63,982 nucleotides of DNA, filler included, from Octopus bimaculoides (GCF_001194135.2; 6 parts of 5 records of this genome joined end to end with filler, not necessarily neighbours in it), one strand, 5' to 3'. Numbered from the whole stretch's first letter, positions 36,765 through 50,843 are shown. The notes: a model not told the origin generated them from the sequence alone. Made by a program: numbers and translations.

Positions 36765-36960
36765 CTATGTCAATAACCTTGTAATCATTGAACGAGCCGA
36801 AGTCAACAGCATTGAGGCCACCATCAAACATCGCCTAAGCTGGACAGGTCATGTCTGTCGCATGAATAGTATCACGCTGCCATGTCAAATTTTCTACAGC
36901 GAACTCAGCATCAGTAAAAGATCACAACGGCTACCTTATGCGATGTTTCAAAAACTAACA
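36765..36960 (+). mobile_element. RTE/Bov-B-like LINE C-terminal fragment
   Basis: DYVNNLVIIERAEVNSIEATIKHRLSWTGHVCRMNSITLPCQIFYSELSISKR. Confidence 0.78.
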
Positions 36961-39900
36961 GGAACTTACGATGAAGAGCACATACCTCGACCTTAAATCC
37001 AGGGTGCAACACGCGAAAAGCAGACTAACATTGGCGTAGAACATTTTTTAGAACATCGCCGAAGAAATAAAGGAGATAAACGGCTACGACGAAAGACCAG
37101 CCAACTCCAACCAAGGTCTTTACAGTCAATCAGACGTCACCTCGGTTGACAATTGTTCCATGCGAAAACTGATTTTTCCAGTCATCAGAGGTACCGACAC
37201 AAATGAAAAAGCACAAACGAAGAAAGAAATAGTCGGAAATTGGAGGGACCTTCACCATCATAGTAGCCGTCGCCACGACGTCGTCGACGACGACGACGGC
37301 GAAGACGACGGCGAAGACGACGACAACGAAGACGATAACGACGACAATGACGACGACGACTATCCCCTTAACATAATTCATTAACTTTTCTTTAATTATT
37401 CTTTTAACTATTTCCTTTTAAAATAGATTTTTCTGTGGCTACGTCATTTATTTTTCTATGTAACATCTGTGGTCTGTCCGGATCTTACTTTAATATCAAT
37501 ATTCCCAACAAAATTTTCTCCTTCTTAATTTGATAGTACAACTACAATACATCTAATTTATTTTGGTAATAATTGGTATTATATACACACATTTTCTTAA
37601 TCGGAAATCATCATGTATAAGATATTTAAAAAAAAAAAAAAAATCACATGCGCTTTTTTAGTTTCCTTGTATAATTTGTACAAGTTATCACGATTCCGTG
37701 CACGATTATCAAGAGGTAATCAATAATCTACCTATCATATTGGATTCTAGATGGCTTTTTACTACCCGGGTTTATGCACCTATACAGTAATACATACATT
37801 TTCTAATAAACACATTGTGTAATATCGTTTATGAACTGTTATTTATACGTCGAACCCTATAGACCCAATTTTTGCTGATATACGTTTTATTAAATTGCGT
37901 AGTGTTAGGATCGCTTAGCGTCGATCCTAACACAACAAACCATAAACTATTTCAATCAAAACATAATTGTTATCTGTTCAATAATATAGCTAGCGGAATA
38001 TTTAAAACATCTCTTTAAATTGATCTAAGGTCCTTTGGTTCTTTAAATCGAAATAATAAAACCAGCCATAGTTCAGATTTAATCTCATATATTTTTCAGT
38101 TCTTGTTAAAGTTATGTGTACATTTTCGAGCATAATTTGGATGGACGTAAAGAGAATGGTTTAAGATAGCGACCAAAGAAACTATTTTTTCGTGTTTTCT
38201 AGTATAGTAATTATACAAATTTTTATCATATTTCTGATTTATTTTTAGAGGCTATTTTCTAAATTATAAAAATAGGAACAAAATTAAAATTTTCTCTTAA
38301 AATGCTCAACGCTCTTGTTATTTGCATCATACACAGTTAACTTTATTTTAAATAGATGAAAGATATCCATTACATTGGTCTGCAACGCCTTTGATTTTTA
38401 AAGGTTTTTAGGCTAATTTTATGGCGATGATTCTAAATACGATATCAGTTTTGTTTCTCACAGCAGCACCATTTTGGGTGCTTAGTGACTATAAGCAACT
38501 AAGCACCCAAATGTGGGTGATGCAAAATTATACATTTTTTGGTGTCATAGGAAAAATAAACCAATGGAAGTTGCATCTACAAGGTAAAAGTCAACTTAAT
38601 ATCTCACAAAGCCTCGACGACATAACGAACTAGTTACTTTATTACAGTGAAAAAAACCCCAGAGAACACGACTGCAAAGTAATAAATAGGTTAATAATAA
38701 AGAGGGATAGTGAATCATGCAGTATAATGCCAGAAGCGCTTTCCTGATTTCCTTCTTAAAACAGAGAAGTATTTGGTATAGATTCTTAAGATAAAGTATT
38801 GCTGTGAAATGTTATAAAGCAGGGATTTTCTTCGGAAAATAGCATGCAAACTTTGAAGAGTTATGGGAGTTGGAGAACTGTTTGATATATATATCTTTCT
38901 CAGGCAGTTTTTCCATTTTCATCAATCGAGTAAGGTTGTAATGCATGTGCTTTCATATAAAGAATAGCATTTAAACCTTGTAAGGCTATGGAATTGGGAG
39001 GAAAGTTTCAGATGTGTCAGGTTTTCTAAGCTGTTTTGTATACATCTATAATCAAGATGGCTGCTGACATAAGCTTCCCTATTTATTTCAGTATTAGTTG
39101 ACTGTATCTTCACGTACTCTGGCCAAACAAAAATAGGCATTATACTGTTTTTCTGGGTTGCCTCTCATTTCCTAAATTGTAAGGCATTCAAAACACACTA
39201 TAAGCATTTTACTCAGCCTGCTGAGTAAATATGAAGCAACGGATCAAAGATGAAAATGGAATGAGCTTTGCTGTGTTGCAGTTTTGGAGAGAATCAACAA
39301 ACCATCATCAAGAATTCTATTTTTCTATGCTTGATATGTCTAGATACTAAATTAAATATGATTTGGCCAACAATATAGTTACACTAAGCTTCCCTGTCTT
39401 TTAAAAAAATATTTCTGAGAGAGTAGAGTTAAAAGAGATGCAAATAAAAAAATATTAAAGAATAATAAAAAATATCAAAATATACAAAATATTAGAAAAC
39501 AAGAAAAAAATAAGAAAAATATCAGAAAGCTCTCCAATCGTAGTATGATAGGAGCAGCCCAGAAGTGTCGGATTGAAAATATGCGCATACGAGGAATAAG
39601 AACGTGGCATATAGAGTGTAATGATAGAAAATATAGGATATAAAGGATTAAAATGATTATTAGCAGATGGAAGGTCCAACTGGTGGCGTACAGGCATACA
39701 CCTCATTCATCATAAATCGTTACTAATACTAATTTAATTTTAATAAGCTGTGGGCTGTTGTGAAGGAGTCTCAATGTCAAGGACCGATACTGAATTTTAA
39801 GATATTAGAATGTAAGTTACACTAAGAAAAAGATCTGGGCTTAGAAAACTTTACCAAAAGTACTATTGTATTTGTGCGGGGAAGTAATTAAGATTTCGTT

Positions 39901-40446
39901 TATCTAAATTATTCCTGTTAGTTATGATTTCAGACGCTTCAAGTGAGAGTAGATCGCGCTCACTCCCGCTATCCATGTTGGTAAAAGCGGTTCTTATTCC
40001 AGACTAAAAAATTCCGTATGCGAATATCCATTTTTTAAAGTCCCATATGTTTCAGCCAAGGATGTAGATCTGCACATACTTGGGTTCTTGGATGAGTGGA
40101 CACATTTATAAAATAACCATATAATAATGTAACATGTTAAAATAATAATTTATTTTATTTATGGATTCGCTCATTCCAAGGAACTCTGTGGGATTTTTCC
40201 TTTTTCATATTTGCACTTTTACCTTTTTATCTTCTTTTCATTTTCTTCTTTCCCCCGCTTTTCATCGACCAGTGTATATCAGGATTTCAATATAAGGGGT
40301 CAAGGATCACCGATGCCGTTTAATTTTCTGACTATCCTGTGTCACTCTACTTTCTCACGCTCCATTAAAATACATATCAGACAACTAAATCGTCTACGTC
40401 AATTTTATAATTATCATCACATCTCTCAATGGCTTGCTCTACAAAT

Positions 40447-40657
<211 letters not shown>

Positions 40658-41064
40658 GAAAGTGTTCTGATTTGTCTCTATATAAGGAACGCCAACTGTA
40701 TATTTCACATACCGTGCAGAGAGTCACGAGTTAATGCTTGTCTAATGAGGTGCCACTCCGGTATATGCCTGTAACTTTTGACTCTGTGCCTATTCGTGCT
40801 AAACACCCTTATATGGCAGCTTACCGTATTATCACCCTAGAATTTCGTTTCTTTTTCTCATCATTACTAGTACTGCTGTCATCATCATCATCATAACCAT
40901 CATCATTGTCGTCATCGTTGTCATCGTCATCGTCATCGTTGTCATTGTATTAGTTGTATCATTTTTAATAGCTTTATGGTTGTTGTTATTATCATAATTG
41001 TTGTTTTTATTATTATTATTGGTTTTATTATTATTATTATTAATAATAATAATAATAATAATAA

Positions 41065-41282
41065 TCCTTTCTACTAAAGGCACAAGACCTGACATTTTTA
41101 GTGGGGGAGGACTAGTCGATTACATCGACCTCAGTGTTTTACTGGTACTTAATTTATTGACCCCGAAAGGATGAAAAGCAAAGTCGACTTTGACGTAATT
41201 TGAACTCAGAACGTAGCGACGGGCGAAATACCGCTAAGCATTTCGTCTAGCGTGTTAACGATTCTGCTAGCTCGTCGCCTTA
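41065..41282 (-). mobile_element. SINE family B (tail type 2) between (TAA)n tracts
   Basis: Reverse-complement match to 1287-1510. Confidence 0.88.
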
Positions 41283-41288
41283 ATAATA

Positions 41289-41347
<59 letters not shown>

Positions 41348-41590
41348 NNNNNNNNNNNNNNNNNNNNNNNNNNNNNNNNNNNNNNNNNNNNNNNNNNNNN
41401 NNNNNNNNNNNNNNNNNNNNNNNNNNNNNNNNNNNNNNNNNNNNNNNNNNNNNNNNNNNNNNNNNNNNNNNNNNNNNNNNNNNNNNNNNNNNNNNNNNNN
41501 NNNNNNNNNNNNNNNNNNNNNNNNNNNNNNNNNNNNNNNNNNNNNNNNNNNNNNNNNNNNNNNNNNNNNNNNNNNNNNNNNNNNNNNNNN

Positions 41591-41892
41591 GAAATAGAGA
41601 TAACTCGAATGTGGAATCTAAAAACAGAAACAATTCCTATCATAGTAGGTGCCTTAGGTATAATAAAAAAATATTCAGACAAATACATAACAAAAACACC
41701 AGGACTTACAAATATATATAACATACAGAAAATTGCACTACTGGGCACTGCACACATTCTACGCAAAACACTTTCAATACAGTAAACATAAGAGCACCAC
41801 AGTAAACCACAGCACATACCCAAGGCGCACAGAGCTGCGCTCGGTAGTGAAGTGAAAGCACGTTATAAAAATAAAACTACTGAATAATAATA
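41591..41892 (+). mobile_element. R4/Dong-clade 3' end
   Basis: EIEITRMWNLKTETIPIIVGALGIIKK...IQKIALLGTAHILRKTLSIQ*, then the 3' UTR and TAA repeats. Confidence 0.88.
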
Positions 41893-42509
41893 ATAGAAAT
41901 TGTTCTGATTTGTCTCTATATAAGGAACGCCAACTGTATATTTCACATACCGTGCAGAGAGTCACGAGTTAATGCTTGTCTAATGAGGTGCCTCTCCGGT
42001 ATATTCAACCACACATGTTGTGTAGTCTTTCACACGGAACTTTTCACATATAATGTATCAGAAACGGAGTGGTACAAAAACAATTATAACGAATATTAAA
42101 GCTGAACTGTATAATTGCAACAACTAATTTACTAACGAGCAAATTTCCCATACACTAAATTTCTAAAATTTGAAATGCATTTATTTCTAACGTGATACAC
42201 AAATTCGAAGACCAGAAACTCTCCTGGTGCTCTGCCATCCTCAACGTAGAGAAGTTAGATAGTACTGACAAACATTGCAAAATACTTTTATTCTCAAAGC
42301 ACAGCTCAATGTTATTACTTATATAAAACATTATCTTTTTTCAGGCTACATATTTAATTTTATTTAAATTAAAAATGTATTATTCAAATTTTCTAAATGT
42401 CTATTTTGACAAGGAGAAAAAGAAGCAAATTTAACTTAATAATTCATTGAAATTTTTACATCTTTTTCTTCTATAATCTTTCTCTTATTTGCCTCAGTCG
42501 TTAGATTGG

Positions 42510-42729
42510 TGCCATACTGGGGGAGCAGCCTTGAAGAATTTTAATCCAATGAATCGATCCCAGTACTGTTTTTTTAAAAAATTTTTTAAAGCCTGGTACT
42601 TATTTTATCAGCTCTTTTGCCGAACCGCCAAGTTACGGGGAATTAAATAAACAACACCAGTTGTCAAGTGGTGGTGGTTAGGAAACAAACATTGATACAA
42701 AGACACACACATACACACATGCACGCACG

Positions 42730-42810
<81 letters not shown>

Positions 42811-42985
42811 ACACACACACACACAGTGGGCTCCTTTCAGTTTCCGTCTACCGAATCCACTCACAAAGTTTTGGTCGGCTCGAGACTATAGTAGAAAACA
42901 CTTGTCTAAGGTGCCGCAACAATAAAACTGAACCCAAAATCATGTGTTTGGAAAACAAACTTCTTACCCCACACCGACGCCTGCA
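42510..42985 (-). mobile_element. SINE family A with long (CA)n
   Basis: Reverse-complement match to family A. Confidence 0.85.
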
Positions 42986-43611
42986 TTTCTTTTCTTCTTA
43001 AATTATTATTCTAAAAATAAAACTGTTTTTTTATAGTCGTTATGGTAAAACAACTCAACGATAATCTTAAGATATCAATCAGTTCTTCCCCAAAATAACC
43101 GTTAATAACGAATGTAAAATCATTTATGAAAATCAGTGTCTTTTTTCTTAAATTCATAAACTATGAGAATATTGTTCCATCCAATCACATGGATATAAAG
43201 CTTCTCATAATATACCCGAAACGTTTCACCCAACTTTCACCTTTTACATGTCCCGTATCTCCTTACGTTTAACATATATGGAAAAGGAGGAGGAAGTATA
43301 TGAAATATAAGTTCATTTCGGCCATTTCTATTGGGTTTTTGTATTATTTTTTATCGTCAGTGCTCCTTCATCTATTACATTTTATTTGTCCCTTCGTCGT
43401 TCCTACAACATGCTTATATATTATCAGTATGTATCTTGCAATATAGTCTGAAAAGTGAAACTTGGTAGGCATTCCAAAGTTCCTGTTGCCTCTGAAAAAC
43501 AGCTCTTGGTGTTTTATGCATTGAATTTTATATTCAGTTCTGCACGCACACGCACCCTCCACACATTCATACATATATACATATATATGCATATATTGTG
43601 TGTGCGTATAC

Positions 43612-43642
<31 letters not shown>

Positions 43643-44890
43643 TGTGTACAAATATATATATATACATACACATCTATAAACTTGAAATATTTCTTTTATA
43701 TTATTCCTAGTGCATTCTCTGTATATCGATAAGTCATCTAACATACAGTTTCCTTTGCGGAATAAGAATATTTTTCAAGGCTATTGTTATCTCGTGTTGC
43801 TCCATGGTGGCCTATATTAAGAAATAAGCTCTTTTTTTTTTACTGCAGATTTCTTTTTAAACATAAGCTAAGAATAAATGAATGCGAACAAAAGCATATT
43901 AACTTTTCTGTGAAAAACATTCGTATACTTTTAAATAAAGTCTTAAAATGCTTACATCAATAACGGAAAGTTTTATCGAAAAGATTAGGTTGAAAATTGA
44001 CTTCTATTTTAGGGAACTTTCCAAATGAAACAACGAAAAACAAATAAGCTTTTAAAAAGTTAAAATATCATCCGTCTAATAATATATTTGAAACATTCCA
44101 ACATGTTCTATTTTCGGTGATTAAAATATCAAATTCAGAAGAAACATTAATCTTTTCTGGAAAGAAATTCAGAATAGGATTAAAAAATTAAAACCAAACG
44201 ATGCATTTGCTAATTTTGATTAAAACAAAAAGCTCACAAAGGAAAAAGAGAAAAAATAACATCATCTATTTCTTTCAAATTCAGTCACTAATCTATCTAA
44301 CGAACAAGCTATGCTGTGGTAAAGTACATAAACAGTACTGCTAAAATATTGCCATTCAGCCTGACATAGCTGACAGAACCGAAACACTGGACAAAGAAGA
44401 ATCGTACGTCACATTTAATGATCATGAATTCAACTTCACCAAATATCTTTCAACTAGCGTTATTAACCCTTCCCAAACAGATTTAGGTATCCTTAATCTC
44501 AAGCTTAAATCACACTTCTTTGAGATAAATTGAATACAGTAATACAATGGTTTAATGCTATCCAAAAGACTGGCATTTCTCCCTATTTGATATAAAAGAT
44601 TACTATACTCAATCACTGAACCTAGTCTTCAGTTGCACTTAACCAACCAAAACCAAACCACCATTATTAAGAACAAAGAGATTGACATTTGTAAAACAAA
44701 CTAGAAAATCAATTCTTCACTGTAACAACTCTAGAAAATGTTGTCATAGAAACATTACAGAAATATTAACTGAATAAATAGTTATTCGTTCAGTTGTTTT
44801 TCTTTGTGTTAATAATGAATAAAATCAATTATTTATTTATATATCTATATACATATATGTATGTAAGTATATATACATATACATACATAA

Positions 44891-44922
<32 letters not shown>

Positions 44923-44941
44923 CTATATATGTGTGTGTGTG

Positions 44942-44977
<36 letters not shown>

Positions 44978-45047
44978 CTGATATACATATATACATATAT
45001 ATATATTTATACATACACACGCACACATACATACATACATACATACA

Positions 45048-45078
<31 letters not shown>

Positions 45079-45299
45079 GATTAAAAACATGATTTGCAAT
45101 GTATTTCAGTATTTAAAAAAAATTTTGCTTTAAAACAATTTTTTAAAACACTTTCCATGTGAAGTGTGTCTGTTAATTTTTTCCTTTGATCTTCGCTGAA
45201 ATAAACACAGTAAGATCTCAATACCTTGACACTATTTATGCATGGCAACGGAATAATATTTGTTTCTAATTTAAGCACAACGACGGCAATTTCGAGACG

Positions 45300-45490
45300 A
45301 AGTGGAGGGAAGTTAGTTGATACCATTTACCCTAGTATTTGACTGCTACTTTATTTTATCCACCCCAATAAGATGAAAGGCAAAATTTACATTGGTGGAA
45401 TTTAACCTCAAAATGTAAAGGGAAGGAAGAAATGCCGCAATGCATTTTCTGAGGCTCTAACGAGTCTGCCAATTCATCCTGCTTGGCGAC
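45300..45490 (-). mobile_element. SINE family B, old diverged copy
   Basis: GATGAAAGGCAAAATTTAC...GGAATTTAACCTCAAAATGTAAAG...CTAACGAGTCTGCCA. Confidence 0.65.
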
Positions 45491-45744
45491 AGAATAATAT
45501 CTGCTTCTGATTTTGGCATACAACGAGCAAATTTGAAGCGAGGAACTTTGTCGATAACATCAACTCCGGTTCTTGACTGGTACCTATTTTATAATCTGAA
45601 CCGCAGGATTAGAATTCAGAATGTAAAGAGCCAAAACAAAAACCGTAAAACATTTTTTCCGAAGCTTTGATCATTATACCAGTTTATAAGTATTTTTAGT
45701 TTAGGCATAAGACCAGCAAATTTTGAAGGAAGGTTGCGCTGGAG

Positions 45745-46145
45745 TGGCTGTGTGGTAAGTAGCTTGCTTACCAACCACATGGTTCCGGGTTTATTCCCAT
45801 TGTGTGGCACCTTGGTCAAGTGTCTTCTACTATAGTCTCGGGCCGACCAAAGCCTTGTGAGTGGATTTGGTAGACGGAAACTGAAAGAAGCCCGTCCTAT
45901 ATGTATATGTATGTATGTGTGTGTATATGTTTGTGTGTCTGTGTTTGTTCCCCCAACCTCGCTTGACAACCGATGCTGGTGTGTTTACGTCCCCGTAACT
46001 TAGCGGTTCGGCAAAAAACCGATAGAATAAGTACTAGGCATCCAAAGAATAAGTCCTGGTGTAGATTTGCTCGACTAAAGGCCGTGTTCCAGCATGGCCG
46101 CAGTCAAATGACTGAAACAAGTAAAAGAGAGAAAAGAGAAAGAGT
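45745..46145 (+). mobile_element. SINE family A, near full length (reference copy)
   Basis: A-box TGGCTGTGTGGTAAG, B-box-like GGTTCCGGGTTT, CORE-like ACCTTGGTCAAGTG, internal microsatellite, tail GAAACAAGTAAAAGAG. Confidence 0.92.
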
Positions 46146-46515
46146 CGATTCCATCAACGTTAATTAATTACTGCTACTTTATTTTATTGACTCCCTCAGG
46201 GATGAAGGGCAAAGTTGACCACGGCGGGATTTGAACACAGAACGTAAAATGATGAAGTGAATACCGCAAAATACATAGTTCTTTGTAACAGAATAATAAT
46301 TCCTTCTAATATAGGCACAAGGCCTGACATTTTTGGTGGGAGGGGACTAGTGGATCACATCGATCCCAGTTTCCCTGGTACTTAATTTATTGACCCGAAA
46401 GGATGAATGGCAAAAATCGACCTTGGCGGAATTTGAACTCATAACGTAGCGGCAGACGATATACCGCTAAGCATTTCGCCCGGCGTGCAAACGATTCTGC
46501 CAGTTCGCCGTCTTA

Positions 46516-46563
<48 letters not shown>

Positions 46564-46795
46564 CCTTTTCCACTCTAGGCACAAGGCCCAACATTTTTGG
46601 GGAGGGGGCCAATCGATTAGATCGACCCCAATTCACAGCTAGTATNNNNNNNNNNNNNNNNNNNNNNNNNNNNNNNNNNNNNNNNNNNGCAAAGTTGACC
46701 TCGGTGGAATTCGAACTCAGAACGTAAAGACAGACGAAATACCGCTAAGCATCTCGCCCGACGTGCTAACGTTTCTGCCAACTCGCCGCCTTAAA
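46146..46795 (-). mobile_element. Cluster of three tandem SINE B copies separated by (TAA)n
   Basis: Copies at about 46146-46290, 46300-46515 and 46560-46795, the last containing a short N gap. Confidence 0.85.
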
Positions 46796-46815
46796 TAATA
46801 GTAATAATAATAATA

Positions 46816-46874
<59 letters not shown>

Positions 46875-47069
46875 GTCCAACTCCATAAATTTACGTGATC
46901 TACAAAAACCCGCTTATTTTCATTTCTACAGTTTGTCCACAGAAGAGAAAACAGAGTCTATGATATTTTAAAAGGGTTTCCTAGTTTAACAAATAAACAA
47001 CAGGGATCTTAGAGACTTACTGTCTGAAAGGAGACAAGAGAGCTACGTTATCCGTCATATTGGTTTCAA

Positions 47070-47585
47070 ATTTTGGTACAAGGCCAGTAATTTCGGGGAT
47101 AGATCAAGTCGATTACATCGACATCAGGCCTCAGCTGGTACGTATTCCATCGACCCCGAGAGGTCGAAAGGCAAAGTCGACCTTGGTGGAATTTGAACTC
47201 AGAGCATCAAAACCAGTGGTTTTCAACCGGGATTCATACGATCCCTGAGGTCTCATATAAGATTTTGGGGGATCTATGCAACAAAATTATACATTGGGGA
47301 TCCACAATAATATTTTAAGGATCCCTGAAAATGTTTTACTTTAAATGTATGTATTGGTATGTATTGTAAGAAACAACTAGGTTTCTTTCTTTAACATTTT
47401 ACATAGTTCAACCTACATTAGTAGTTTTTAAACATTGAATGGCTATGGGGTGGGGACCAGAATAAAGTAGTAATCAAAAGGGTCCCTAGATAAAAAATGG
47501 TTGACAAACCCTGATCAAGACAAAGAAAATGCCGCAAAACATCTTGCCCGGCCTGATAACAGTTCCACCAACTCGCCTCCTTACG
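47070..47585 (-). mobile_element. SINE family B interrupted by a hAT MITE
   Basis: The B sequence stops at 47213 and resumes after 47513. Confidence 0.8.
47214..47513. mobile_element. hAT (Charlie-like) MITE with 8-bp TSD
   Basis: TIRs CAGTGGTTTTCAACC / GGTTGACAAACCCTG; flanks ATCAAAAC (47206-47213) and ATCAAGAC (47514-47521). Confidence 0.85.
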
Positions 47586-47637
47586 ATATCATTCACATTG
47601 GGAGGATAGCTGTGAAGGTAAGAAGTAAGATTTTTTA

Positions 47638-47686
<49 letters not shown>

Positions 47687-47754
47687 AGGCGGTGCTCCAG
47701 CATGGCAGCAGTCTAATGACTGAAACAAGCAAAAAAGATTAAAAATTATATACG

Positions 47755-48000
47755 TAGCAGGAGTGGCTGTGTGGTATGTAGCTTGCTTACCAACCACATG
47801 GTTCCGGGTTCAGTCCCACTGCGTGGCACCTTGTGTGTGTGTATATGTTAGCGTGGCTGTGTTTGTCCTTGAAAATCGATGTTGGTGTGTTTTCGTACCC
47901 GTAACTTAGCGGTTACAAAGAATAAGTCCTGAGGTCGATTTGTTCGACTAAAGGCGGTGCTCCAGTATGGCCGCAGTCAAATGAGTGAAACAATAAAATA
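47755..48000 (+). mobile_element. SINE family A with internal deletions
   Basis: Head GCAGGAGTGGCTGTGTGG; tail GTCAAATGAGTGAAAC. Confidence 0.85.
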
Positions 48001-48934
48001 ATACATAAGAATCTTAAATACACATACACACACGCGCGCATGCGTACGCACACACATTGGGGGGGGGGGAAATGAATAGAAATGGCTTTTCTGATAGATT
48101 TTCCACTCAACCAATTAAATGGTTATAAATTAGGTATTTATAAATCTAATTAATAAAGTGGAAAAATTACCAGGAAAGCCATTTCTCTTCATTTTTTTTC
48201 AAATATATATTACTATAACAAGGACTTCGTANNNNNNNNNNNNNNNNNNNNNNNNNNNNNNNNNNNNNNNNNNNNNNNNNNNNNNNNNNNNNNNNNNNNN
48301 NNNNNNNNNNNNNNNNNNNNNNNNNNNNNNNNNNNNNNNNNNNNNNNNNNNNNNNNNNNNNNNNNNNNNNNNNNNNNNNNNNNNNNNNNNNNNNNNNNNN
48401 NNNNNNNNNNNNNNNNNNNNNNNNNNNNNNNNNNNNNNNNNNNNNNNNNNNNNNNNNNNNNNNNNNNNNNNNNNNNNNNNNNNNNNNNNNNNNNNNNNNN
48501 NNNNNNNNNNNNNNNNNNNNNNNNNNNNNNNNNNNNNNNNNNNNNNNNNNNNNNNNNNNNNNNNNNNNNNNNNNNNNNNNNNNNNNNNNNNNNNNNNNNN
48601 NNNNNNNNNNNNNNNNNNNNNNNNNNNNNNNNNNNNNNNNNNNNNNNNNNNNNNNNNNNNNNNNNNNNNNNNNNNNNNNNNNNNNNNNNNNNNNNNNNNN
48701 NNNNNNNNNNNNNNNNNNNNNNNNNNNNNNNNNNNNNNNNNNNNNNNNNNNNNNNNNNNNNNNNNNNNNNNNNNNNNNNNNNNNNNNNNNNNNNNNNNNN
48801 NNNNNNNNNNNNNNNNNNNNNNNNNNNNNNNNNNNNNNNNNNNNNNNNNNNGTTGTACTTGGGGATGGTCATATTGCCAGTTTAGCCAAGAGAGGTAATG
48901 GTGTCAATAAGACCCAAAGGTGTCAGGTAATGCT

Positions 48935-49315
48935 GAGTAAGTGCTATGGACAGACTATACATGGTTCCGGGTTCAGTCCCACTGCGTGGCTTCTCGGGCA
49001 AGTGTCTTTTACTATAGCCTCGGGCTGACCAAAGCCTTGTGAGTGGATTTGGTAGACGGAAACTGAAAGCCCGATATATATATATGTATATGTATATATA
49101 TGTGTGTGTGTGTTTGTGTGTCTGTGTTTGATACCCCTAGAATCGCTTGACAATCGATGCTGGTGTGTTTACGTCCCCGTAACCTAGCGGTTCGGCAAAA
49201 GGGACGATAGAGTAAGTACTAGGCTTACAAAGAATAAGTCCTGGGGTCGATTTCCTCGACTAAAGGCGGTGCTCCAGCATGGCCGCAGTCAAATGACTGA
49301 AACAAGTAAAAGAGT
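48935..49315 (+). mobile_element. SINE family A, young copy
   Basis: High similarity to 45745-46145. Confidence 0.9.
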
Positions 49316-50252
49316 ATGTAAGACGTAAGTCAATGAGTGTACGTGTGTTAGCGTGTGCCCAATGCGTAAATACGTATATATATATATATATGGGTGTGTG
49401 TGAATGTATGTATGTATGTATGTATGTGTATATATATGTATGTATGTATATATTTCTCTCCCTTTCTCTCTCTTCCTCTCTCTCTCTCTCTCTCTCTCTA
49501 TTCGTATAAATATATATATATTCACATAAATGTATGCGCTTGTGTGTGTGTGTGTGTGTGTTTGTATTAATAATGAGTAGAGGAGGGATACCATTGTTAT
49601 TTCGAGTTGGTGGTGTCGGGTACACTCACTCCTTAATCTATTTATGAATCACCCAGTTGGATAGGTCCACCTGGAAGCTATTCTTAGTTTATTTGTTGTA
49701 GGACAACTTCAAGAGATTTCGAGGATAAAAAGACACGCGCGCACACGCACTCACACACACATACACACACGACACATACACACACGACACATACACACAC
49801 ACTTTCCTCATTCTTCATTCCTCCCTGTCCTCGATTTGACAAACACATACAAACATGCTCATACACACCAACACAAACACACACACACTCACACACAAAT
49901 TGGCACATTCATACGCACTGGCATATATATATACACATATATATACACACACTTTGTTAGAGTCCTGACCCGTCACATCAAAACAATGACCAAATAAAAA
50001 AGATCCCCACACAAAAGAACAAACAAAATAAATTCTTATTCAGTGTATTAAACAATAAAATTGATGAGGATAGCTGGTTTCTATATATAAATACACAATG
50101 GTAAGAAAATGACGCATCTAGACGGCAACGTGGATACTTTGTCGCAATTATCAACTTTAAACATGGATGGAAAATAATTTCCTCTGTATGTGTACATACA
50201 TATAGATATGTATATGAACGTCCATGTGTGCGTGTGTGTGTGTGTGTGCGGA

Positions 50253-50449
50253 AGAGGGTGTGTTGAAAAGTTCCTAGCTTTGGATAAACGAAAAATACAG
50301 GAAAATCAGTTAACTGTTATTTTATTCAACATATCCCCCTCCCAGATTCACACACTTATTGCAGCGGTCCGTCAGTTTTTGAAGCCCTATAAAAGAACTC
50401 GGGCCTTTCGCGATACCATTAAAGCCGAGAACTTTTCAACACTCCTCGT
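50253..50449. mobile_element. Mariner-type MITE
   Basis: TIRs of about 28 bp: GAGGGTGTGTTGAAAAGTTCCTAGCTTT / AAAGCCGAGAACTTTTCAACACTCCTC. Confidence 0.8.
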
Positions 50450-50587
50450 GTACGTGTGTATGTGTGTGCGTGTATTGTATGTATATATTTATATATATTT
50501 ATATAAATAAGGATAAGATCGATATTTAAAATATTGATCTTATCAAGTGGTCAGCATGGGAATAAAAACCATCAAAGGTAATAATTA

Positions 50588-50843
50588 TTTAAAATTATAA
50601 TACAGGGTATCAAGAGATACCACCACGCTGAAAAAATAGCAGTCAAATCCTGACTCTAAAACCACAATAAATGTCCGCATGGCACGATTAGCGAAGACGA
50701 AGACCAAATGAACCAGTAAAAATACTGGTTCATTTGGTCTTCGTCTTCGCTAATCGTGCCATGCGGACATTTATTGTGGTTTTAGAGTCAGGATTTTTTT
50801 CAGCGTGGTGGTATCTCTTGATACCCTGTATTATAATTTTAAA
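50588..50843. repeat. Near-perfect long palindrome with arms of about 120-130 bp
   Basis: Centre ...GAACCAGTA-AAA-A-TACTGGTTC near 50720; arms match except for a 10-nt indel. Confidence 0.95.

Noticed and set aside
37165-37190. Minus-strand CTGATGA-CTG-GAAA
   Set aside because: No stem geometry compatible with an HHR
45745-45815. tRNA genes
   Set aside because: The tRNA-like A and B boxes are SINE heads continuous with SINE bodies, with no complete cloverleaf
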